This document shows positions 17,485-27,893 of a stretch of DNA of 64,000 bases, in pieces. The translations under genes were made by a program, and so were the position numbers. Position 1 is the first letter of the stretch, and each line of letters opens with the position of its first letter. The notes under the pieces were generated by a model. That model saw nothing but the letters and a program-made list of their open reading frames with translations. It ran no database searches and was not told where the DNA came from. The stretch is from a virus: positions 10,298-74,297 of the IMG/VR virus record IMGVR_UViG_3300045996_002572; one strand, 5' to 3'.

Positions 17485-18322
17485 AGGCGATGCACCTCTA
17501 CGGCTGTGCGTTGTGGGGCAGGATGTCGCGCGCCTCCCAGGATAGCGCGGCATTTTGACCAAGGCAAGGCAAAATGTCGCAGTCCGGTGGTACGATTGTG
17601 CCGTGCCTACTGGAGGGACAAGGAATGTTTGAGGCTCGTATCGGATGGTATAGCCCCGGTCGCGCGGGCGGATGGCGCCGGTGGATCGCCGACTACTATT
17701 CGCTCTCGCTCATCGTAGGCTGGGGCAACTCCGGCGCCGTCGAGCCCGACTGGGCCTGAATGCTCCGCGCTGGCGTAATCAGCTCCGCGAGCGAGCCCGC
17801 AAGGAGGTCGAGAAGCGCACCGCCCCTGGCCGCGCCGCCCCCGCTGCATGGTGTTGGAGCGGCGGCTGCGACACCGGAGGAGCTGGAAGCGTGGTGCGTC
17901 GGGAGTCTCGCCTTCTCCCGGGCCGATTCTGGACGTTGGACCTGGTGCTCCGACGCCGGACCGCCGGCGTCGGCATCCTTTGGGAGCTGCTCCCTTATCC
18001 CGAAGACCCCGAGCTCCAGGCTGATCGCCTCCGCGTCTTCCTCGGCCCCATCGCCGTCACTCCCTGGGGAGAGGTCGAGGGGCTTGGAGCTGAACGTCGG
18101 GTTCGGTGGCTCGGTGAGGTGGTGAGGTGCAGGCCCTCGTATTTGACCCCCGCATGGCCGATTCGAGAATCCACCTGATCGACCTCTCCACGTTGACGCT
18201 CGGCGCGGCCACCACCGAGCAGGCCGGCTGGAACGAGGCCATCTCTCACCTCCCGGCTGAATACTTCTGCTGGCTCGTCGACTGGAGCGAGCTGGGCAAG
18301 AGCGAGGGGCTCAGGTAGATAG

Positions 18323-18814
18323 ATGCCCAAGCGCTCGCCCACCACACAGGAGAAGACCGCCGCACGGCCCGCGAAGCCCCGGGACGAGACGAGCCAGAAG
18401 GGTCGCCCATCGATCTACACTGCCGAGTTGGCTGAGAGGATCTGTGAGAGGGTTGCTGCCGGCGACAGCTTGCGGACGATCGATACGACCGCAGATCTGC
18501 CGGCCGTGACGACCATCGTTCGCTGGCTCGCAGAGCGTCCGGATTTTCGGGCACAGTACGCGCACGCCAAGGCAGTGCTCGCCGACCATTTCGCCGAGGA
18601 CGTTGTGGGAATCCCGGACGCCCTGCGGCCGGATGCCGACTGGGAGCCCTCCGCCCTGGTCCAGCTCGCCAAGCTCCAAGTGGACGCCCGGAAGTGGGCG
18701 GCCGAGAAGCTCGCCCCCAGGAAGTACGGCAACAAACTGGAGATCGAAACAGGCGCCAGCCTCGAGGACGCCCTCCGGCAGATCGCGGAGAAGAGGGGCC
18801 TTGCTCGGGGTTGA
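18323..18814 (+). CDS. terS: Terminase small subunit
   Basis: GRPSIYTAELAERICERVAAGDSLRTI...QVDARKWAAEKLAPRKYG. Confidence 0.9.
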   Translation: MPKRSPTTQEKTAARPAKPRDETSQKGRPSIYTAELAERICERVAAGDSLRTIDTTADLPAVTTIVRWLAERPDFRAQYAHAKAVLADHFAEDVVGIPDALRPDADWEPSALVQLAKLQVDARKWAAEKLAPRKYGNKLEIETGASLEDALRQIAEKRGLARG

Positions 18815-18845
18815 GGTGACTCGGGGAGGACTCTCGCCGCGTGCC

Positions 18846-20402
18846 ATGGCGGCGCTTGAGCTGCTGGTCGATGACTGGACCGTTTGGGCGGAAGAGCTGT
18901 ACAAGATCCGAGTGCAGGGGGGGCGCCTGGAGCCGCTCATCGCGAAGGCCGTCCAACGCGCAATCTATGAGGAGGAGCTCCGGCAAATCCGGGAGAAGGG
19001 GCAGGCCGAGATCTTCTGCCTGAAGGCTCGGCGGGCCGGCGTGAGCACCGCCGAGCAGTCAAAGAGCCTGCATCAGGCGTGGAGACAGCCCTACTTCGAC
19101 TGCATCACCTTGGCCCATACCGGCGGCGCCGCCTACGAGCTGTTCGAGATCACCCGCCGGGCAGTGCGAGCCTTTCCGGGCGCTCTCCTCCCCGACACCG
19201 GCGACAAGGACACCTATCAAGTCTCCTTCCCGCGCATGGATTCGAACTTCTTCACCGGCACGGCTGGGTCGAAGAAGGGGGTTGGCCGCGGCGCCACACT
19301 GAAGCGGGCTCACCTGTCGGAGTTCGCCCATTACGAGGATCCGATCGGCACGCTCGGCTCCCTCCTGCCGGCTCTAGAAGGCGTCCCCGAGAGCGTCGTC
19401 GTCCTGGAGACCACCGCCACCGGCTCCGAAACGCCTGCCCATGTCTACTGGCAGGAGGCGGTGGATGGGAAGAACGGCTACGCCCCCATGTTCTTCCCAT
19501 GGTGGGTTTGCGACCCGGTCAAGTACCGTCGTCCGCTTCTTGCTCCGGACGAGCTCGGGGCATTAACGGAGGAAGAAAAACTTCTCATCGCGGCTCACGG
19601 CCTAGACCTGGAGCAGATCAAGTGGCGCCGCGCGATGATCGGCAAGATGCACCGCGACATGTTCCTGACCGAGTACGCGGAAAGCTCGGAAGGGTGTTGG
19701 ACGGCGCCGGGTGGTATGTTCTTCGAACACGACCTGGTGACCAAGCTCCTCCACCTCGCCCCCGAGCCGCGGGCGGTGCTGCTCAACGGTTCGCTGGAGC
19801 TGTACGATGAGAGGCCTGAGAGCGAGAGCGTAGTCATAGGCTGTGACACGGCGGAAGGAAGCAGGGATGGGCGAGGCGACCGGTCCGCCTGGGTAGCCCG
19901 GGCCGTACCTTCGGGGCGCCTGCTGGCGACCTTCGCCGACTCCGCCATCACGCCTGGCGATCTCGGTGATCTGCTCTCGACATGGGGAACCAAGTTCTCG
20001 CATAACGGCATGCCGGCCTTCCTCGTGATCGAGAAGAATGCCCACGGCATTACGGTGCTGCGCAAGCTTCTGACACTCGACTACCCGGCCCGAAGCATCT
20101 ACCACCGCACGCCCTTGGACCGCGAGCGCGACGAGAAAACAGAACGCATCGGTTGGGCCACGACGGCCGAGAGCAAGCCGCTGATGCTCGGTGCCGGAAG
20201 GGAACTGCTCGCCGCTGCTGCCGAGGGCTTCACGGGTACCCCCTCGGCAGCAGCCCTTCGAGATGCCTTTCGAGTCCGCAAGGACGAGCATGGGCGGGTT
20301 GACCTCAACGGACGCGACGTGCTCGTTGCAGAGATGTTGGCCTGGATCGGCCGCACCGCGATCCCGGCTCCGGGCGAACTCCGCGTAACACGCGCCCGCT
20401 GA
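18846..20402 (+). CDS. terL: Terminase large subunit (start may be GTG 18816)
   Basis: LKARRAGVST Walker A, HLSEFAHY Walker B, ETTATG coupling motif, IGCDTAEG and IEKN nuclease motifs. Confidence 0.92.
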   Translation: MAALELLVDDWTVWAEELYKIRVQGGRLEPLIAKAVQRAIYEEELRQIREKGQAEIFCLKARRAGVSTAEQSKSLHQAWRQPYFDCITLAHTGGAAYELFEITRRAVRAFPGALLPDTGDKDTYQVSFPRMDSNFFTGTAGSKKGVGRGATLKRAHLSEFAHYEDPIGTLGSLLPALEGVPESVVVLETTATGSETPAHVYWQEAVDGKNGYAPMFFPWWVCDPVKYRRPLLAPDELGALTEEEKLLIAAHGLDLEQIKWRRAMIGKMHRDMFLTEYAESSEGCWTAPGGMFFEHDLVTKLLHLAPEPRAVLLNGSLELYDERPESESVVIGCDTAEGSRDGRGDRSAWVARAVPSGRLLATFADSAITPGDLGDLLSTWGTKFSHNGMPAFLVIEKNAHGITVLRKLLTLDYPARSIYHRTPLDRERDEKTERIGWATTAESKPLMLGAGRELLAAAAEGFTGTPSAAALRDAFRVRKDEHGRVDLNGRDVLVAEMLAWIGRTAIPAPGELRVTRAR

Positions 20403-20420
20403 TCTCTAGGAGAGAAGACC

Positions 20421-22007
20421 ATGGCCGAGCCCTCGAAGGTTGACGTCAACACCCCCGGCGATGTCGGCGGCAGCACGTACGAAGCCCTGGAGACTGCGCG
20501 CCGCCCCTGTCGCCACCTCATGGGCGGAACGTCCACGGTGCGTGCGAACGTAGGCACTTACCTCCCCATGCTCCCCGAGGAGGCGGGCCCCGAGTACCAA
20601 GAGCGCTACATGGGCGCGGTGGTGAAGCCGTGGTATCCGGACGCCGTCGACGACCTGGTGGGCAAGCCGTTCTCCGGAGAGATCCGGCTCGAGTCGGACG
20701 TGCCGCTCGCCATCCGAGGCCAGAAGGCGACGGACAATGTGCCGGCCGTCAGGGGGTGGGCTGAAAACGCCGACATGGCCAAGGCGGACTTCCAAACGTT
20801 CCTCTCGCGGGTCTTCCATGAGGCCGTGGCGGAGGGCGGTGGCGCGGTCCTGATCGAACACCCTCCCACGGATCTCCCCACCAACCCGAGCAAGGCCGAC
20901 AACAAGGCCTCCCAAAAGCGGCCCTACCTCGTGCATCTCCACCCCGAGCAGATCATCGAAGCCTCCACTGCGACGGTGGACGGCAACGAGGTACTCGAGG
21001 TGCTCCGCTACCGGAGCAGTCGCAAGGGAGCCAAGACGCAACTCGGCGGCTGCCGTCCGGTGATCCCTCAGGTCTGGGTGCTTCATCGGGGGAAGCCCGA
21101 TGTCGAGGGAGGTTGGGTGCGGTGGGAACTTTACGAGCCCAACGCGAAGGGGAACTGGAGCGAGGCTCCCATCGAAAAGGGCACGCGAGAGCCCTTCACC
21201 GAGATCCCGGTCGAGCCGGCGATCGAATGGGACCTCTTGCCACCGCTGCGGAACCTCGCCGACCTAGTCTTCGAGGACTGGCGGGCTGAAATTGGGATGG
21301 CGGGCCACATCACCACGGGTCTGCGGATGACGGTCGGAACCTACGGTTTTGACACCGACAAGGTTATCGCAGCCTTCCGGTACAGCGCTGGCCTTCGCAT
21401 CCTCTCCACCCCGAAGGGCCCCAACGATGCCAAGATGGAGATCCTCGAATCATCCGGAGCGGTGGTGGCAGCATGGCAGGGAGAGCGCGACAAGAGGCAC
21501 GAAGCCATCCGCCTGGCCTCGAAGCGGCCCGAGATGCCCGAGAAGACGCAGACACTCGGCGAGAAGCGGATCGACACCGCCGGCGCCAATGCCGCCCTTC
21601 GTCGGATGGTTGACCGCTTCAAGGACCGGATGGAGTCCATCCTTCGACTGTGGGCGGAGGCCGGAGCCTGGGCTCTTGAGGCCAACGAAACCCCCGGCGG
21701 TACGATCACCTTCCCCGACGACTACCTGAAGGAGGGCGCTAACCCGGCCGTGCTTCAGGATCTTCAGGCGATGCGCAACCGGCCGGAGGGACCCGACATC
21801 TCCCGGCTCACAGCATGGGAGCGGCGGGCAGCGCTTGGAGCACTGCCCCCCGACTTCGACTACAAGCAAGAGTTAGCGAGGCTCGCAGAGGAGGCTAAGG
21901 AGGACGACCCCGGCCTCTTGCGCACTGCGCGAGAACTGCTCGACACGCCGAAACCTCCCCGGGCGGGAGAGCCGAAGCCAGAGACGGAACCGCCGGCCGC
22001 GAACTAG
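20421..22007 (+). CDS. Portal protein (DUF4055-like)
   Basis: Follows terL; YLPMLPEE...YQERY, KRPYLVHLHPEQII, LPPLRNLADL. Confidence 0.85.
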   Translation: MAEPSKVDVNTPGDVGGSTYEALETARRPCRHLMGGTSTVRANVGTYLPMLPEEAGPEYQERYMGAVVKPWYPDAVDDLVGKPFSGEIRLESDVPLAIRGQKATDNVPAVRGWAENADMAKADFQTFLSRVFHEAVAEGGGAVLIEHPPTDLPTNPSKADNKASQKRPYLVHLHPEQIIEASTATVDGNEVLEVLRYRSSRKGAKTQLGGCRPVIPQVWVLHRGKPDVEGGWVRWELYEPNAKGNWSEAPIEKGTREPFTEIPVEPAIEWDLLPPLRNLADLVFEDWRAEIGMAGHITTGLRMTVGTYGFDTDKVIAAFRYSAGLRILSTPKGPNDAKMEILESSGAVVAAWQGERDKRHEAIRLASKRPEMPEKTQTLGEKRIDTAGANAALRRMVDRFKDRMESILRLWAEAGAWALEANETPGGTITFPDDYLKEGANPAVLQDLQAMRNRPEGPDISRLTAWERRAALGALPPDFDYKQELARLAEEAKEDDPGLLRTARELLDTPKPPRAGEPKPETEPPAAN

Positions 22008-22013
22008 AGTCCC

Positions 22014-22958
22014 GTGGCTACCCCCTTTCAGCGGAGAGCCATCGCGGCGGCTCTACGCCGCGGTGATGTGGTACGCCTGGACCGGATCGCCGGAGCCCGA
22101 GAGGATCTGATCACAGCCCTCTTCCTGGCTTCTATGGAGGGAGCATCCCGGGCCGTGGACGTCGCTGCCCTGGAGAAGGCACTCGAGCAGGGAGACGAGG
22201 CCGCCCTGATCCGGCTCATGCCGGCCGGCGAGTACGCCACGGCAGCCCGGATCCTCGCGAACGGCCTCAGCCCCACGCTCTCGGCAGCGGCCCGGCTGGG
22301 CCTGGAGCAGGTGGCGGCGCAGATCGGCGACGCCGGCACGATCGATCCGGCAGGGCTCACCCGGTGGCTCAGGCGCTACCGCCTCCGGCTGGGCACCTAC
22401 CTGGTGAAGACCTCGGGAGAGGCGGCGCTGGAGATCCTTCGGGAGCAGGTGGGCAAGGGGTTGCTCGATCCGAAAGCGGCGGCGCGGGCGATCAAGGACG
22501 GCATCGGCCTGTCCAAGCCGCAGGCAGTCGAGATCGGCAGGAAGGCCATCAACTGGAAGGCGCAGGGCCTGCCGGACAGCGTCATCGCGGAGCGCATGCA
22601 GGCTGAGAGGGACAAGACGCTCCTCGAACGGGCCCGCCTCTTCGGATCCGATCAGGCGTACGTGACTGCCGAGCAGGGTCAGCTTGAAGCCTGGAGGCAG
22701 CAGCTCGCGGATGGCCGCCTTGCCCCTGAAACGAGGCGGTTTTGGGGGACCCGGCAGGACGATCGAGTCTGCCCCGTGTGCGAGCCCATGAACGGGCAGA
22801 CCCGTCCGCTCGGGAGGAAGTTCCGCTCGACCGAGCACAACGGCCTGGGCGAGGAAGCTTTCGACTCACCGGGGCCCCCGCCGTACGGGCCTCACACTTT
22901 CTGCCGATGCTACGTGGTGCTGTTGGCGGTGGCGGGAGAGGTGAGGCTGGCGGCGTGA
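22014..22958 (+). CDS. Minor head morphogenesis protein (Mu gpF/SPP1 gp7-like)
   Basis: W...DDRVCPVCEPMNG...HTFCRC. Confidence 0.85.
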   Translation: MATPFQRRAIAAALRRGDVVRLDRIAGAREDLITALFLASMEGASRAVDVAALEKALEQGDEAALIRLMPAGEYATAARILANGLSPTLSAAARLGLEQVAAQIGDAGTIDPAGLTRWLRRYRLRLGTYLVKTSGEAALEILREQVGKGLLDPKAAARAIKDGIGLSKPQAVEIGRKAINWKAQGLPDSVIAERMQAERDKTLLERARLFGSDQAYVTAEQGQLEAWRQQLADGRLAPETRRFWGTRQDDRVCPVCEPMNGQTRPLGRKFRSTEHNGLGEEAFDSPGPPPYGPHTFCRCYVVLLAVAGEVRLAA

Positions 22959-23285
22959 TCCGCTTCGAAGACCTTCGAGTGCCAGGGCGCGCGGGCAATC
23001 AGGGCTTCTAATGGGTCTCGGCTAAAATCGATCACCCGCGCCACGGTGCCGTCCGCTTTGTGGATGTAGACCTTATCGGCCCTTGCCTTGGCCCATGCTG
23101 TAGCTGCCCGCCTTGTGGGGAACAGGCGCGAAGCGCGTCGCTCCTTGACGCCTCGCTGCCCATCGGCCTCCTGAGGGGTACACATGGTACGCGACGATCA
23201 ACCCGTCAGAACGGCACCACAGGATCCCGCAGTCGGTACTGCCGCAACGGAAGCACACCAGACGCCCCACGTCGCCTGCCGTCAC
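22910..23285 (-). pseudogene. DUF2188-like gene split by a frameshift near 23135
   Basis: YHVYPSGGRWAARRQGAT in one frame continues as RASRLFPTRRAATAWAK...YIHKADG in the +1 frame. Confidence 0.6.
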
Positions 23286-23509
23286 TTCGACCTCCGCCGC
23301 AGTTCGTGAATCGCGGCCGAGGTCATCTCCCTGATCTTGATGCCGTAGAGTCGCTCCAGTTCGATCTCTGCCTTTATCGCGATACCGAGATCGATAGGGA
23401 TGGGCACCAGTTTTCCGCCCTCTCGCCGGCACGGAGTAGTCACGGAGTTCGGGTCGGCTCGCGCGATCAGTACCCGCTGCCAGAGGAGGTCCGCGTACCC
23501 GTCGCTCAC
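23282..23509 (-). CDS. Hypothetical protein
   Basis: GTGA-coupled in antisense cassette. Confidence 0.5.
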   Translation of the reverse strand: MSDGYADLLWQRVLIARADPNSVTTPCRREGGKLVPIPIDLGIAIKAEIELERLYGIKIREMTSAAIHELRRRSK

Positions 23510-23775
23510 GACGCAGACGCCCCACCAAAGCCAACGGCATCCAGCACGACCGTCGGCGGCACCCCAATCGCCTCCAGCACGAAACGTAGCGGATCCTCCG
23601 GATCGTCGACGCTCATGGTCGAGCGGTTCCTGAGGTCGCGCACCTGCCGCTCGGTGATCTCTCCGCCGGGCGCTCCGGCTTTCCTGCGCAGTGCCGACGC
23701 GCGCTCTGCCACCTTCGCAGCACTGAGCTTCCGCTCCCGCATCTTGTCCCGCATCGCCTCGCCTATCGTGGTCAT
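23506..23775 (-). CDS. HTH-like regulator
   Basis: GAGGAG RBS; IGEAMRDKMRERKLSAAKVAERA...ITERQVRDL. Confidence 0.6.
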   Translation of the reverse strand: MTTIGEAMRDKMRERKLSAAKVAERASALRRKAGAPGGEITERQVRDLRNRSTMSVDDPEDPLRFVLEAIGVPPTVVLDAVGFGGASAS

Positions 23776-24054
23776 TCGACGCTCCTCACGTAGCTGACGC
23801 AAGTATACCACCTGTCGTTACTGACGGAAGTTGCGTCTCGTGCCCGCCACTATATGTGGTGTCCCATTAGAGGTGATGGTTCTCCACCTTCACCCGGCGT
23901 ACGCGCGAGTTGCCGTCACGTCGTGGAGCGAAAGGCTCTCGCGGTCGAGCAGTGCTCGCCATGCAGTGACAGGTAGTGATCCATCCGGCGCCTCCCCGGC
24001 GTCGTCCTCGGGCCAGTGGCCCACCGACCGGTCAGTGACCGCGGAGATTCCCCG

Positions 24055-24849
24055 ATGAAGCCGAAGGTGTTGAAGGTGGCCCTCGATGGCCAAGAGGTCG
24101 AGGTGTGCCCGGTCCGCAACGGCTGGCCCGTCTGCGTGGATCCGGATGGCAACGAGCGCGAATTCAACACCGAGGACGCCTTTACCAAGCTGAAGAAGCA
24201 CCCCGAGGAGCGCACAACCCTTCAGAAGCGAGCCGAGACCGCGGAGCAGGCCCTCGCCGGCCTGGCTGCGCTCGGTGACGTCGACACGATCAAGGCAGCG
24301 CTCGAAACCCAGAAGAACCTCAAGGCCGGCCAATTGATGGCGGCAGGGGAAGCCCAGAAGGTCCGTGACGACGCGGTCCGTGAGGCGACCGAGCGCATCA
24401 GGACGATGGAGGCGGACCTCTCGGCGGCGCGATCGGAAACCGACCGCCTGGCGATCAGCCACGCCTTCCACGCATCCAAGCACTTCGCCAAGGACGACAA
24501 GGGCAACACCAAGATCCGGCTGAAGCCGTCGGCCGTCCAGGCACTCTTCGGTCACCTTTTCCGCCGCGAGGCGGACGGCACAGTTGCGGCCTACAACGGC
24601 GACAGCCGCGTGATGTCCCACCAGAACATCGGCGACCCTGCCGACTTCGATGAAGCCCTTCAGATCCTGATCGATAAATCCGAACACCGAGACGACGTCT
24701 GGGCAGGTGTGGCTGCCAACGGCAGCGGTGCAACCGGCGGTGGTCGTGGCGGCGGCGACGGCAAGAGCATCCCGCGCAAGCAGTTCGAATCCATGAGCAC
24801 GGCTGAGAGAAACAAGTTCCTCGCCAACGGCGGGGTTCCCACGGACTAG
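24055..24849 (+). CDS. Capsid scaffolding protein (DUF6651-like)
   Basis: Coiled coil; ALFGHLF, GDPADFDEALQILI, GSGATGG; directly before capsid gene. Confidence 0.8.
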   Translation: MKPKVLKVALDGQEVEVCPVRNGWPVCVDPDGNEREFNTEDAFTKLKKHPEERTTLQKRAETAEQALAGLAALGDVDTIKAALETQKNLKAGQLMAAGEAQKVRDDAVREATERIRTMEADLSAARSETDRLAISHAFHASKHFAKDDKGNTKIRLKPSAVQALFGHLFRREADGTVAAYNGDSRVMSHQNIGDPADFDEALQILIDKSEHRDDVWAGVAANGSGATGGGRGGGDGKSIPRKQFESMSTAERNKFLANGGVPTD

Positions 24850-24896
24850 TCACAGAGGCCGCGAGCGACGCAGCCCCGGCCAGGGAGAACAAGTCA

Positions 24897-26060
24897 ATGC
24901 CAGATCCGACGAACACCCTGACGGGGCTGATTCCCCACATCCATGCTGGCCTGAACATGGTCGCCCGCGAGCGCACCGGCTTCGTCGCCGCGGTCGCCCG
25001 GAACAGCGACGCCGAGCGCGCGGCCGTGGGCCAGTCGATTCGGTACCCCATCGTGGGCACGAATCCCGCCGTGACCATCGTCCCCTCCATGACGCCGCCG
25101 ACTCCGCCGGGCCAGAACATCACCTACGGAGAGATGACGATCTCCAACATGAAGGCGGTGGAGATCCCGTGGAACGGCGAGGAGACTCGCGGCCTGGAGA
25201 ACGCTGGATCTTTCGAGGACGTCATGGCGCAGCAGTTCGCTCAGGGCTTCCGCACGCTCGCCAACGAGATCGAGGCCGACCTCGGCGGCGCCTACGCCTA
25301 CGCCTCGCGCGCGGTCGGCACCGCTGGCACGGCTCCCTTCGGCACGCCCGAGGATCTCACGGACGGCGCTCTCGCCATGGCCGTTATGGAAGACAACGGC
25401 GCGCCGACCAACGACCTCCACATGGTGCTCGGCACCGCCGCGATGACCAACATCCGCGGCAAGCAGACCGTCCTCTACAAGGCCAATGAGGCCGGCACCG
25501 ACGAGCTGCTCCGCAAGGGCACCATCGGCGAGCTCCAGGGCTTCCAGCTTCACAACTCGGGGTTTGTCAAGGCGCACACCAAGGGCACGGCGGCCAGCTA
25601 CCTGGTCGATCTGCTCGCGGGCTACGCGGTCGGCACCTCCACGGTCCATCTCGACACCGGCACCGGCACGCATGTGGCCGGCGATGTGATCACCTTCGCA
25701 GGTGACACCAACAAGTACGTGATCACCACCGGCGCCGCGGGCGACGGCGACAAGGACATCGTCCTCGGCGCCCCGGGCCTGCGTGCGGCGCTCGCCGACG
25801 GCGTCGCGGCCACGACCGGCAACTCCTACCGGGCCAACATCTTCTTCCACCGGAGCGCGATCCAGCTTGTGACGCGCCTCCCCGCCATGCCCCGCGGCGG
25901 CGACCTCGCCGTCGACACCTACACCGTCCGGGACGAGCACTCCGGCCTGGTCTTCGAGATCGCCCTCTACAAGGGCCACCTGATGAACGCCATCTACATC
26001 CGCATCTGCTGGGGCTGGGAAGTCGTGAAGCCGGAGTTTCTCGGCATCCTGCTCGGCTAA
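24897..26060 (+). CDS. Major capsid protein (P22 coat-like family)
   Basis: NTLTGLIP...VARERTGFV...QQFAQGFRTLANEIEADL...WGWEVVKPEF. Confidence 0.9.
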   Translation: MPDPTNTLTGLIPHIHAGLNMVARERTGFVAAVARNSDAERAAVGQSIRYPIVGTNPAVTIVPSMTPPTPPGQNITYGEMTISNMKAVEIPWNGEETRGLENAGSFEDVMAQQFAQGFRTLANEIEADLGGAYAYASRAVGTAGTAPFGTPEDLTDGALAMAVMEDNGAPTNDLHMVLGTAAMTNIRGKQTVLYKANEAGTDELLRKGTIGELQGFQLHNSGFVKAHTKGTAASYLVDLLAGYAVGTSTVHLDTGTGTHVAGDVITFAGDTNKYVITTGAAGDGDKDIVLGAPGLRAALADGVAATTGNSYRANIFFHRSAIQLVTRLPAMPRGGDLAVDTYTVRDEHSGLVFEIALYKGHLMNAIYIRICWGWEVVKPEFLGILLG

Positions 26061-26075
26061 GGAGGAGCCTACATC

Positions 26076-26477
26076 ATGGCTGACACACTGAAGTTGTACG
26101 CCGCGGGCGAGCCGGTCAACGGCAAGCTCTCTGTGATCGTGGATCCCGGCTCGGAGGCGGAGGCCCTCTGGCGAGAGAACGGCTATCTGCCCGAGGACGA
26201 GCTGGCCAAGCGCAAGCTCCACTCGCTCCAGGCCAAGGAGGAGAAGGAGGCGCAGGAGGCTGAGGCTGCCGCCAAGAAGGCGGAGGCGGCAGAGCAGCGC
26301 GCGGCGGTCAAGCTGGCCGAGCAGGCGGCTGCCGAGGCAGCGCTCCGAGATGCACCGCATGTCCCCGAGCCTCCCCTGGTGCCGTCGGCTCCTGTCGAGG
26401 AGGTCGAGCCGGCTCCTAAGGCCACCACTACTCCGAACAAGGGCGGTCGTCCTCGCAAGGAGAAGGGGAAGGCGTGA
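26076..26477 (+). CDS. Hypothetical head-associated protein
   Basis: GGAGG RBS; A/E/K-rich; ends GGRPRK. Confidence 0.65.
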   Translation: MADTLKLYAAGEPVNGKLSVIVDPGSEAEALWRENGYLPEDELAKRKLHSLQAKEEKEAQEAEAAAKKAEAAEQRAAVKLAEQAAAEAALRDAPHVPEPPLVPSAPVEEVEPAPKATTTPNKGGRPRKEKGKA

Positions 26478-27082
26478 CCTGCATCGTTGGGGTGGATCTC
26501 GGGGATCGGGTGGTGATCGCTGCGGACCGGCGAGTCACCTGCGGTGACGAGTTGATTTCCGACTCCGAGGAGAAGCTGCTTGCGTTCGGGCCCTGGGTGC
26601 TGGGGCTAGCCGGCACCGTGGCCGCCAAGCAGGCCTTTCTGAAGGCAGCAGGTCCGCTGACGGCAGCCACGAGCGTTGATGAGTTCACCGCCGCCGCCAG
26701 CGACGCACTAAGGGCCGCCGACTTCAATCTGCACAGTGACCGCGGCGGCCCAAAGGATCACGGTACGTCCTGCGTGCTCGCTTCGCGATTCGGTATCGGG
26801 ATCCTGTACTCGTCCGGCGGGGTCACGATGCTCGAGCAGGGCCGGCCCGTGGCGGTCGGCTGCGGATCGCCGTACGCCCTGGGCTACCTGACCGGACGAA
26901 AGATCGATGAGACGGAGGTGGCGGGCGCCATTCGAGCCGCATGCGATTGGAGTGTCTTCTGCGGCGGTGAGGCGGTAGTCAAGGTGGTGCACCGAGCAGG
27001 GCTGATTGGCCGAGGGCTCGCGTGCGCTCCTGCAGTTTCCTGGACTGCAAACCTGGCGACGGTCGCCCTCGTGGAGCAGTGA
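26474..27082 (+). CDS. HslV/proteasome-beta-like Ntn hydrolase
   Basis: MTCIVG N-terminal Thr, AADRR, EK, GLAG, AVGCGSPYALG. Confidence 0.8.
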   Translation: MTCIVGVDLGDRVVIAADRRVTCGDELISDSEEKLLAFGPWVLGLAGTVAAKQAFLKAAGPLTAATSVDEFTAAASDALRAADFNLHSDRGGPKDHGTSCVLASRFGIGILYSSGGVTMLEQGRPVAVGCGSPYALGYLTGRKIDETEVAGAIRAACDWSVFCGGEAVVKVVHRAGLIGRGLACAPAVSWTANLATVALVEQ

Positions 27083-27519
27083 TGGCCCTCACGGTCGAGG
27101 ACGGCACCGGCATCACGGGCGCAGACTCCCCCAACTCGTTGGAGGAGATCACTGCGTACTGTGCCGCTCGACCGAGGATGGCGGGCTGGGCGTCGCTTTC
27201 GGAGGCGCGGCAGGAAGCTGCAGCGCGGGACGCTTCCCGCCGCATGGAGAAGGTGTTTCGCCACCGGATCACAGGGCGGCGAGTGACGGCGGACCAGGGC
27301 CTTTCCTTCCCGAGCGCCGGCGCCTGGGATGCTCGGGGGCTGTCCATCCTCGGCACGTCGGTCCCAGCAGCGTGGAAGGAGGCGCACTGCGAGATGACCT
27401 ACAGGGTCGCTTTCGAAGAGCAAGCGCCGATCGAAAGCGTGTCGGATCTCCTTGAGGAGTTCCTCTTCGACCTGGTACAGCCTGCCGGGAAAGTGCTCGT
27501 GCAGCAGGGGTGGGCCTGA
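27082..27519 (+). CDS. Head-tail adaptor (DnaT-like family)
   Basis: MALTVEDGTG..ADS, QGLSFP, VPAAWKEAHCEM. Confidence 0.75.
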   Translation: MALTVEDGTGITGADSPNSLEEITAYCAARPRMAGWASLSEARQEAAARDASRRMEKVFRHRITGRRVTADQGLSFPSAGAWDARGLSILGTSVPAAWKEAHCEMTYRVAFEEQAPIESVSDLLEEFLFDLVQPAGKVLVQQGWA

Positions 27520-27893
27520 CCGTGGCAGCCTACATTACCGCCGAGGAGCTTCGCCTGGATCTTTCCGGAAGGGGCAAGCGCCTTGAGACCCTGATGCCGC
27601 CGGGCGCTTCCTCGCCGGCCGACATCACTCGGCTTTGCGCAACCGCCTCCGCGGTCCTGGATGGAAGGCTCGCGGCCTGCCCCTACGTGGTGCCCATCGA
27701 CACCACGGGCAACGAGCCGCTCGCGGCCCTGCTGCGAGCTCGCGCCACAGATCAGGCGCTGATCGAGTTGAGCGACGGGCTCGACGTGCGCCCGGATTTC
27801 ATCCGCGCCGCACAAGAGCGGGTGGACGCCTGGATCAAAGATCTTGCCGCCCGGAAGGCTCACCTTCCCGGCTACACGAGGATCGTGCCGTGA
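27510..27893 (+). CDS. Head-tail connector (Mu gp36/DUF1320-like)
   Basis: YITAEEL...ASAVLDGRL...YVVPI...AWIKDLAARKAHL. Confidence 0.7.
   Translation: MGLTVAAYITAEELRLDLSGRGKRLETLMPPGASSPADITRLCATASAVLDGRLAACPYVVPIDTTGNEPLAALLRARATDQALIELSDGLDVRPDFIRAAQERVDAWIKDLAARKAHLPGYTRIVP

Noticed and set aside
17574-18318. Specific gene or late-promoter calls upstream of terS
   Set aside because: Several short overlapping ORFs without decisive motifs; real frames could not be chosen
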